Assembly: GCA_017616655.1 (NCBI GenBank) | Contig: JAFZXU010000058.1 | Location: forward strand, 9,088-73,087 | Reading direction: 5' to 3' | DNA: 64,000 nt | Source: Bacteroidales bacterium | GTDB lineage: Bacteria; Bacteroidota; Bacteroidia; Bacteroidales; UBA932 | Part shown: piece by piece, positions 34,736 to 42,262 of the stretch | Position numbering within the stretch: position 1 is the first letter of the stretch | Layout: every line of letters starts with the position of its first letter | Notes under the pieces: generated by a model | What the model saw: only the letters and a program-made list of their open reading frames with translations | Told to the model about the DNA's origin: nothing | Database searches by the model: none | Program-made: the position numbers and the translations under genes

Positions 34736-36656
34736 GGAAGACCTCCATAGCCTGGTACTCGGCCATTCCGAGAGCGTCGTACTGACGGGCCGTATTGGCG
34801 TTGCGCTCCTCGGCGCGCATCCAGAACTCGCGCGGGTCGTCGCCCGGGAAGGGGACGATGTCCTTCTGCGAGAGATGGCGGTAGATGGCGTGACGCTTCT
34901 CCACCACCTCGCCGGGACTCAGGGGAACGGCCATATCCACGCGGCCCAGCTCCCACTCCATCCAGGCGCCTCGGTAGAGCCATATATTGCAGGAATCCAG
35001 CCACTTCTCCCCCTCTTCGCGCAACTGCTCGATAGCCTCGAGGGCCGCTTCGGTGCAGACGCGGTGGGTGCCGTGAGGATCCGCGAGGTCGCCCGCCATA
35101 TAGATCTGGTCGGGCTTGATCTCCTTCATCAGATCCTTTATGATATCCACATCCTTCTGGGTGCGGGGGAACTTTGCCACGCCGCCCGACTCGTAGAAAG
35201 GCAGATTCAGGAAATGGGTGTTCTTCTTGGCGTGGAGGCCGAAACTGCGGACCGCAGCCTTCGCCTCCGAACGGCGGATGGCCGCCTTGAGGGCCAGCAG
35301 TTTGGCAGGTTCGGGCTCGCCCGGAACCTTGGACTCTATCAGGTGGCGGATCTCTGAGAAATTGTCCCCGTAACCCAGCTCCGCGGCGGCGTCGATATGC
35401 TGAAGCACCACGTCGTCGTGGACTGCAAGGTCACCAGAAGTCTGGTAGGCGATATGCACGTTATGCCCCTGGTGGACCAGACGGATGAGGGTGCCTCCCA
35501 TCGAGATGACATCGTCGTCGGGATGGGGCGAGAAGATCAGCACCGTCTTGGGGAAGGGCTCGGAAGCCACCGGACGGGTCGGCTCGTTGGTATTGGGCTT
35601 GCCTCCCGGCCATCCGGTAATGGTATGCTGGAGGTCGTTGAAAATCTCGATATTGATCTTGTCGAAGGGGCCGTAGAGGTCTATCAGCTCGCCGAGGGAG
35701 TTCTGGAGATAATCCTCGTGGGTAAGCTTCAGGATGGGCTTTCGGACCTCGGTGCAGAGCCATACCACGGCCTTGCGGCGGAACTTGCGGGTCCACTCGC
35801 AGGGGCCGATCTTCCAGGGCGCCACCACGCGGGTGAGAAGCGCGCCGGCCGTTTCGTCCACATAGAGCGAAGCGGCAGGATGGTTCTGGAAGCAGGTTGC
35901 GGGGCAGAGGGTGTCCGCAGGGCCTTCGGCGATGTTATAAACCGCCTTCGCCTTCTTCTCGCCCCACGCCATAAGGATCACGCGGCGGGCGCTCATCATG
36001 GTGTCGATGCCCACAGTAAGGGCCGAAGCGGGAGTGTTGGCTATGTCGCCGTTGAAGTTGTGCGCCTGGCGCTTGCGTGAGGCATAAGGCAGAATAACGG
36101 CGCGGGTGCGGCTTCCGAAGGAGGAACCTGCCTCATTGAAGCCCACCTGCCCGTTTTCGCCGATTCCGATCACCAGCAGGTCCACGTTCCGCGCTGCCAG
36201 GTCGAACTCAGCGCAGTACTGCGAGAGGCGTTCCTGCGGCACGGAACCGTCAGGTATGTGGACATTCTCCTTCAGGACGTCGATCTTGTCCACCAGGGAG
36301 TGATGAAGCCGGTAATTGCGGCTCTGCATCTCGTCGCGGCTGCTGGGATAGTACTCGTCGATGGAGAATATCTCCACGTTACGGAAGGAGACCTTTCCCT
36401 GGGAATAGGCCTCGCTCAGGATCCTGTAGAGCAGAAGCGGTGTCGAACCGGTAGTGAGGCCCAGCTTGAAGAGCGGCTTTTCCTCACCGGGAACGAAGGC
36501 GTTGATTTCGGAGATGACCTCATTCGCCACCTCTTCGCTGGCGTGGTAGGGGTCGGGGAAAAGCTCGGTGTAAACCTTGTCGTATCCGTGAAGGATGTCT
36601 TTGGGAAGTCCGGTCTCTATGAGGCCTCCGTCCTTGGGAAGGGAAAAGTGTTTCAT
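34722..36656 (-). CDS. nagB: glucosamine-6-phosphate deaminase fused to a PIG-L/LmbE-type deacetylase domain (long NagB)
   Basis: N-terminal NagB motifs GLTTGSTPLLLY and FSIDEYY. C-terminal PIG-L motif FSPHPDDDVISMGGTL, plus ADPHGTHRVC. Confidence 0.85.
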   Translation of the reverse strand: MKHFSLPKDGGLIETGLPKDILHGYDKVYTELFPDPYHASEEVANEVISEINAFVPGEEKPLFKLGLTTGSTPLLLYRILSEAYSQGKVSFRNVEIFSIDEYYPSSRDEMQSRNYRLHHSLVDKIDVLKENVHIPDGSVPQERLSQYCAEFDLAARNVDLLVIGIGENGQVGFNEAGSSFGSRTRAVILPYASRKRQAHNFNGDIANTPASALTVGIDTMMSARRVILMAWGEKKAKAVYNIAEGPADTLCPATCFQNHPAASLYVDETAGALLTRVVAPWKIGPCEWTRKFRRKAVVWLCTEVRKPILKLTHEDYLQNSLGELIDLYGPFDKINIEIFNDLQHTITGWPGGKPNTNEPTRPVASEPFPKTVLIFSPHPDDDVISMGGTLIRLVHQGHNVHIAYQTSGDLAVHDDVVLQHIDAAAELGYGDNFSEIRHLIESKVPGEPEPAKLLALKAAIRRSEAKAAVRSFGLHAKKNTHFLNLPFYESGGVAKFPRTQKDVDIIKDLMKEIKPDQIYMAGDLADPHGTHRVCTEAALEAIEQLREEGEKWLDSCNIWLYRGAWMEWELGRVDMAVPLSPGEVVEKRHAIYRHLSQKDIVPFPGDDPREFWMRAEERNANTARQYDALGMAEYQAMEVFLKLC

Positions 36657-37846
36657 TTGCGAATCTTATAGCCGTAGTAAGCGTAGTACATTATCAGGAG
36701 ATAGAAGGGCAGGCAGATCCAGTATGCGTTCTGGCTGCCGAGCCAGTCCTTCATGAAGCCGAAGAGTACGGGAATCAGGGCGCCGCCGCCGATGGAGGCC
36801 ACCAGCAGCGAGGATCCCTTCTTGGTGAACTTGCCGAGATCCACGATGGCGAGGGGCCAGATCGCGGGGTACATCAGCGAGCAGGCGAAGCTCAGCAGCG
36901 CCACGAACCATACCGAAACGGGGCCCGGAGTGAGCACTATTGCCAGCGACATTATCACAGCCAGCCAGGTGCAGATTCGCAGAGCCTTGACCTGCGATAT
37001 GTATTTGGGAATGAAGATGATACCGAGTATGTAGCCGGCCGCCATTCCTATTCCGGGCCAGATGGTGTAGTTCTCGGGGTTGGGCAGGCCGAGATCCTTG
37101 GCATAGTCGAGCACCGTGAGCAGCGCAAGGTTCTCCACTCCCACATAGACGAAGAGCGCAAGGGCGCCCAGTATCAGGTGCGGGAACTGCCAGATGCTCT
37201 TCTTGCCGGCGGCGTAGGGGCAGTCCTCCTCGTTCTCCTCTCCCTCCGCCTTGATCTCCTCGAGCGGAGCGAAGAAGGTAAGGATGCCGAGCAGCACCAC
37301 CACGCCGATTATGATGAAAAGGGGCGCATCCAGGTCGTTGAGTCCAACCTGCTCGATGGGTTTGCGGGTGACTGCGGCGATGAATACCGAAGGGAGCGAG
37401 AGGGCCAGCGAATTGCAGATGCCCATTATGCTGATGCGGCGCGCGGCACTGTCGATAGGGCCGAGAATGGTGACATAGGGGTTGATCGCAGCCTGCAGGA
37501 TGGTATTTGCCGTACCGCTGATGAAGCAGGCGAGCAGATAGAGGGCGAAACTCTCCATCCTTGCCGCTGGGATGAACATCGCGAAGGCCACCGCAAAGAG
37601 GAAGAACGAGAGCGACATGGTCCTCTTGTACCCTATCTTGTTGATTATCGAAGAGGCAGGGAAACTGAAGACCAGGAATGCCACGAAGGTGGCCGCCACC
37701 ACGAGGTAGCTCTGGGCGGAGGTCAGGTTCAGGTTGTTCTCCAGGAAGGGTACGAAATAGCCGTTGATGCCCACCGCGAAGCCCACGGTGAAGAACATCA
37801 TCCCTATGAAGGCGAGGGGAACTATGTATTTCTTATTATCTCCCAT
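36653..37846 (-). CDS. MFS sugar permease of the GluP/FucP/NagP type
   Basis: About 12 TM helices. N-terminus MGDNKKYIVPLAFIGMMFFTVGFAVGINGYFVPFL is typical of glucose/galactose-type MFS transporters. ATGA overlap with nagB. Confidence 0.8.
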   Translation of the reverse strand: MGDNKKYIVPLAFIGMMFFTVGFAVGINGYFVPFLENNLNLTSAQSYLVVAATFVAFLVFSFPASSIINKIGYKRTMSLSFFLFAVAFAMFIPAARMESFALYLLACFISGTANTILQAAINPYVTILGPIDSAARRISIMGICNSLALSLPSVFIAAVTRKPIEQVGLNDLDAPLFIIIGVVVLLGILTFFAPLEEIKAEGEENEEDCPYAAGKKSIWQFPHLILGALALFVYVGVENLALLTVLDYAKDLGLPNPENYTIWPGIGMAAGYILGIIFIPKYISQVKALRICTWLAVIMSLAIVLTPGPVSVWFVALLSFACSLMYPAIWPLAIVDLGKFTKKGSSLLVASIGGGALIPVLFGFMKDWLGSQNAYWICLPFYLLIMYYAYYGYKIRK

Positions 37847-37852
37847 AACTGT

Positions 37853-38701
37853 TTAGCTTTCAAGGTGATACTTGATGAGGCCCTCCATCGGGGCCTTGAG
37901 GATGACGCCCATCTTCATTCCGAATTCCTCGACCACGGGCTGCAGCAGCGGCTTGAAGTAGTAGGCCACGCTTCCAACCGCGTTGAAGGTGTATTTCTGA
38001 TAGTTGGGATAGTGGGTGACGATCAGTTTGAAGAACTGGCGGAATGCGTCGGTGACGAGTTCGGGGAAGTAGGGGTCGAAGTCCAGGTTCTGATGGATGA
38101 ACTTGGCGTACTGTGCGCAGAAGCGGTTGGGGAAGGGCTTGGTATAGATGACATCCAGCAGTTCGTCGTTGTTGCGTCCCAGCTCCTTCCCTACGAGGTC
38201 ATAGACCTTCGGCGGCATGTTGCGGCGGATGTAGTCGGTGATGAGCCTCTTGCCGAGATTGCCGCCGCTGCCCTCGTCGCCGAGGATGAAGCCGCAGGAA
38301 TCCACATTGAGTCCCTCGTTGCAGCCGTCGTAGAGGCAGGAGTTGGCTCCAGTGCCCAGGATGGCGGCGAAACCGGATTCCCGCTGGAGCAGCGCCCGGC
38401 ATGAAGCCAGCGTATCCATCGCGATGAATACGGTCGTCACCTTCGTGAAGACCTTGCGGAGGGTCTCCTCCATGAAGGGATACTGCAGGGGCGTAACGCC
38501 AGCTCCGTAGAAATAGATTTCCCTTACATCGTCTACGGGAAAGCCGCCGGGAAGGTTGGCAAGGATGTCCTCAACTATCTGGGGACCTGTGATATAGTTG
38601 GGGTTGTAACCCTGGCTCTGGAAGGTGATGCGGCGGTCGCCGCCCCTTTCCACGCAAGCCCAGTCGGTCTTCGAAGCCCCGCTGTCAGCTATCAGTATCA
38701 T
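37853..38701 (-). CDS. BadF/BadG/BcrA/BcrD-type N-acetyl-sugar kinase (GlcNAc/MurNAc kinase-like)
   Basis: ATPase motifs LIADSGASKTDW, ILGTGANS, GFILGDEGSG. Confidence 0.8.
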   Translation of the reverse strand: MILIADSGASKTDWACVERGGDRRITFQSQGYNPNYITGPQIVEDILANLPGGFPVDDVREIYFYGAGVTPLQYPFMEETLRKVFTKVTTVFIAMDTLASCRALLQRESGFAAILGTGANSCLYDGCNEGLNVDSCGFILGDEGSGGNLGKRLITDYIRRNMPPKVYDLVGKELGRNNDELLDVIYTKPFPNRFCAQYAKFIHQNLDFDPYFPELVTDAFRQFFKLIVTHYPNYQKYTFNAVGSVAYYFKPLLQPVVEEFGMKMGVILKAPMEGLIKYHLES

Positions 38702-38702
38702 C

Positions 38703-39614
38703 TTATTTCTCCTTATTGTCCCAAAGTCCGTGGAGGTCGGGGAAGTCGCCGAGGCCGTAGCGGAAGAGAACCACTCCGACAGCCTCCGATTCGTTGGCGA
38801 ACTCCTGGCAGTCGGCGAGCATCTGCTCGGGGGTCATAGGTATGGGCGTATCGTCATCCGCATCGCCTGCATCCGGACGGTCGCGGTAGGTAGTAGTACC
38901 TGCCCAGACCACTGCGGGCTTGCCCTTCTCTGCGAAATGGTTGGCCACGCGGACTGCCCAGCCGGCGTCATTGTGCTTGTAACCGCCGCTGTAGCGGTAG
39001 ATCATAGGCATAAGGATGTCGAGATACTGACCCATCTGCGCGGGATCCTGGCCGTAGTAGTACTCGCTGTCAGGCTCCGGCATGAGGGCGGCGGAGAGGA
39101 CGACCTTGGGATTGACCTCGCGGACCGCCTCGCTTATCTGGCGGCAGAACTCGGTCACGCAGCCGGTGGCGGTAATCTCCTCCGAAGGATTGTGCTTGTA
39201 AGCAGTGCCGCCGAAGCGTATATAGTCGAGGTGGATGCCGTCAACTCCCCACTTCACATACTGCACGGCGCGGGCGATGACCTCATCGAAAAAATCCTGC
39301 TTGTAGCAGTTGTTCTCGTCGTCAATGGGGTATGCCCACTTTCCGTCCTTTTGGAAAGCCTGGAACCAGATATGGACCTTGCAGCCCTTCTTCTGGGCCT
39401 CCTTGACGAAGGCGAGCGTGGAGTCCACTCCGTGGGCCGTGAAGGCCTTCTCGTGGAGGATTATGTTCTTGATGTCCTTGGAAACCATCTCGTCGATGTT
39501 GACCTCGGTCATATACTTCGACCAGAGCCAGAAGGCGTTGGTGTTGGGCTCTTCTGCCTTCTTGCAGGAGACCAGGGCGAAAAGCGCCAGAGCGGCGATG
39601 AGAAGTCTTTTCAT
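38703..39614 (-). CDS. GHL10/DUF187-like TIM-barrel lipoprotein (putative glycoside hydrolase)
   Basis: Lipobox LFALVSC. GVDGIHLDYIRFGG motif. Paralogue of 45244..46587. Confidence 0.6.
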   Translation of the reverse strand: MKRLLIAALALFALVSCKKAEEPNTNAFWLWSKYMTEVNIDEMVSKDIKNIILHEKAFTAHGVDSTLAFVKEAQKKGCKVHIWFQAFQKDGKWAYPIDDENNCYKQDFFDEVIARAVQYVKWGVDGIHLDYIRFGGTAYKHNPSEEITATGCVTEFCRQISEAVREVNPKVVLSAALMPEPDSEYYYGQDPAQMGQYLDILMPMIYRYSGGYKHNDAGWAVRVANHFAEKGKPAVVWAGTTTYRDRPDAGDADDDTPIPMTPEQMLADCQEFANESEAVGVVLFRYGLGDFPDLHGLWDNKEK

Positions 39615-39625
39615 ATTGTAAATTA

Positions 39626-40687
39626 TTAGAATTCAAGTTCGTAGTAGCGCCCGTTGAAGGTTTCCATTCCCTTCCAGGTAGGAGTTCCGAAGGTTGCGCT
39701 GTTGTTCGAAGGATCGCAGATCCACCACTTTCCGTCGACATAGATTTCGGGAATGACGTGGCCAATGACGCCCGAAGTGAAGTAGCACTGGCCGTGCAGG
39801 TAACGGGCGGGGATGCCGGCTGCGCGGCACATGGCGAGAGTCGCGTGGGTCAGGTCGCAGCAGTTGCCGCCCTTAGCCCTGATGGTTCCGAGAGCACCCT
39901 TCTTAGTATTGGAATAGTTCTCCCACTCCCATTCGTCGCGGGCATATGCGAATATTGCCTCTGCCTTCTGGCGTTCGGTTGCCGAAGCGGAGAGATTCTT
40001 AAGAGCGGCAGCAAGCGTGCTCTTGACCAACTCGTCGTCCTTGGGGCAGTTGCGTGTGGCAGCGAGATAGCTGGAAGGCCATGAAGAGACCTCCTCGGGC
40101 CACTTGCCCTCGTTCTTCACGAAATAGTTCATCGTCCTTGCCAGGACCACCATTGCGGCCCGAAGGTTCATCATGTTGTCGTGCTCGGTAACGACCATCA
40201 GCAGTTTGGGCATATATCCGGGGCTGCTCTGGTCGCTTGAGGGGAATGTGACATAATTGGGCAGGCTGCCGTTGTTCCTGGCATAGTCCGCCATACGGCC
40301 GGCCATATATTTGATATGGGCGAAGTCGATGACGTCGGGGTCGTAGGTATTCCAGCGGTACTCGTCACCGAAGGCGGCGGAGAAGAGGTCGATCTCCTCA
40401 TCCTGCCAGGTGTCGGGCTGGGAGACGATCTTGTCTATCAGCAGGCAGGCCGCTATCGTATAACGTCCCTTGTTGTAGGTGATGCCCTCCACATTGACAC
40501 TCGTGGGAAGCGAGCCGGTCTCCTCGAAAACGTCATAGGCATCTGAGATGGCCTGGGCGAAATGGCCGTTGTAACTGTCGAGGGTAAACTTCTCCTCAGG
40601 CTTCATGGGTTTCAGATTCTCACCGCAGCCTACGGCCGTCAACATGAGCGCACAGAGCGCTGAAACTATTAGCATAGTCCTTTTCAT
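39626..40687 (-). CDS. lipoprotein with PMBR-like repeats plus C-terminal transglutaminase-like cysteine protease core
   Basis: Lipobox LTAVGC (start moved to the ATG at 40687). Repeats ...VFEETGSLPTSVNVEGITYNKGRYTIAACLLIDKI... and ...MADYARNNGSLPNYVTF... Cys-His-Asp core KGGNCCDLTHATLAMCRAAGIPARY / IGHVIPEIYVDGKWWICDP. Confidence 0.7.
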   Translation of the reverse strand: MKRTMLIVSALCALMLTAVGCGENLKPMKPEEKFTLDSYNGHFAQAISDAYDVFEETGSLPTSVNVEGITYNKGRYTIAACLLIDKIVSQPDTWQDEEIDLFSAAFGDEYRWNTYDPDVIDFAHIKYMAGRMADYARNNGSLPNYVTFPSSDQSSPGYMPKLLMVVTEHDNMMNLRAAMVVLARTMNYFVKNEGKWPEEVSSWPSSYLAATRNCPKDDELVKSTLAAALKNLSASATERQKAEAIFAYARDEWEWENYSNTKKGALGTIRAKGGNCCDLTHATLAMCRAAGIPARYLHGQCYFTSGVIGHVIPEIYVDGKWWICDPSNNSATFGTPTWKGMETFNGRYYELEF

Positions 40688-40697
40688 AATTAATGTT

Positions 40698-40737
40698 CGA
40701 AAAACTGGCAACTGCGGGGGCGGTCAGGCCCCCGCAG
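40698..40737 (-). terminator. GC-rich hairpin plus T-run between the giant lipoprotein gene and the next gene (attenuator/partial terminator candidate)
   Basis: 10-bp stem ctgcgggggc (40712..40721) / gcccccgcag (40728..40737). On the minus strand it is followed by ttgccagttttt. Confidence 0.5.
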
Positions 40738-40747
40738 CTAATAATAA

Positions 40748-42262
40748 CTAGTTTATACCGTAGAGATCGAAGCTGAACTGCTGGTCTTTGATGGCGGTAT
40801 ATACATTTTCGTTGACATTGTTGTCAAGGATGTACTTGTAGATGCGCATCAGCACCATCAGTTCGCGCATCGGGGAGATGAGGCCCTCATAGCCGGTGAG
40901 GTTGAGGGTACCGGAGGTGGTGCCGAACTGCTGGAAGTTGCCGACCATGCCGAGAGGGCTGTTGCTGCCCACGGCGACGAAGCTGCGGACCACGTGCCAT
41001 GCACCGACCTTCACCATGAAGTTGACGTCGACGGTCGAAATCGCCTGGCCGTCCTTCTTCACGAGGTCGTCGAACTCATACCAGGGGTTCTTGCCCCACT
41101 TGTTGGCTGCCGAAGGGGAAGGCATCGCACTCGACATCGCCTTGTTGTCCTTGAGGGTATATGCCTTGTTGCGGTCGGTCATGCCGTTGAGGAACTCCTC
41201 GCCCTCCTCGGTAACCATGTTCAGCAGACCGCGGATTGCGATCTCCCAAGCCTGCGATGAGGTATAAGTAGTACCCTTGATATCGAGGGTCCAGGGGGTC
41301 TTGCCGTCGTCGTACTGGTTGTTGCCGTAATCCTTGAAGTCGGAGTTGTTGGTATTGCCGATAGGAATGTAGTGGACGTTGGTCCAGCCGCCCTTCGCAC
41401 TCTTGGAGTTGCGCTCGCCGTCAGCATCGATGTTGCCTACGGTATTCTGCCATACGTCGAGGCCCTTTACGAATTCCGTTGCGAAATCCTTCAGGGAAGG
41501 AGCGCTGACGTCACCGTTCTCGCCATAGAGGAAGAAGTTGAACTGCTGGTCCTTGATGGCGGTGTAGACATTCTCTTCGATGTTGTTGTCGAGCAGATAC
41601 TTGTAGATACGCATCAGCACCATCAGCTCGCGCATCGGGGAGATGAGGCCCTCATAGCCGGTGAGGTTGAGGGTACCGGAGGTGGTGCCGAACTGCTGGA
41701 AGTTGCCGATCATGCCGAGAGGGCTGTTGCTGCCCACGGCGACGAAGCTGCGGACCACGTGCCATGCGCCGACCTTCACCATGAAGTTGACGTCGACCGT
41801 CGAAATCGCCTGACCGTCCTTCTTCACGAGGTCGTCGAACTCATACCAGGGGTTCTTGCCCCACTTGTTGGCTGCGGATGCGGAAGGCATTGCGCTGCCG
41901 AGGCCCTTGTTGTCCTTGAGGGTGTATGCCTTGTTGCGGTCGGTCATGCCGTTGAGGAACTCCTCGCCCTCCTCGGTAACCATGTTCAGCAGACCGCGGA
42001 TTGCAATCTCCCAAGCCTGCGATGAGGTGTACTGCTTGCCGTCGATGGTAAGGGTCCAGGGGGTCTTGCCGTCGTCGTACTGGTTGTTGCCGTAATCCTT
42101 GAAGTCGGAGTTGTTGGTATTGCCGATAGGAATGTAGTGGACATTGGTCCAGCCGCCCTTCACGCTCTGTGAGTTGCGCTCGCCGTCAGCATCGACGTTG
42201 CCTACGGTATTCTTCCAGACATCGAGGCCCTTGACGAATTCCTTTGCGAAATCCTTCAGGGA
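40748..42262 (-). repeat. near-identical tandem duplication, period 765 bp (255 codons), forming the last two modules of the giant gene
   Basis: gcatcagcac at 40846 recurs at 41611. I see only 5 mismatches between 40851..41110 and 41616..41875. There are 19 amino-acid differences over 247 aligned residues. Confidence 0.9.
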
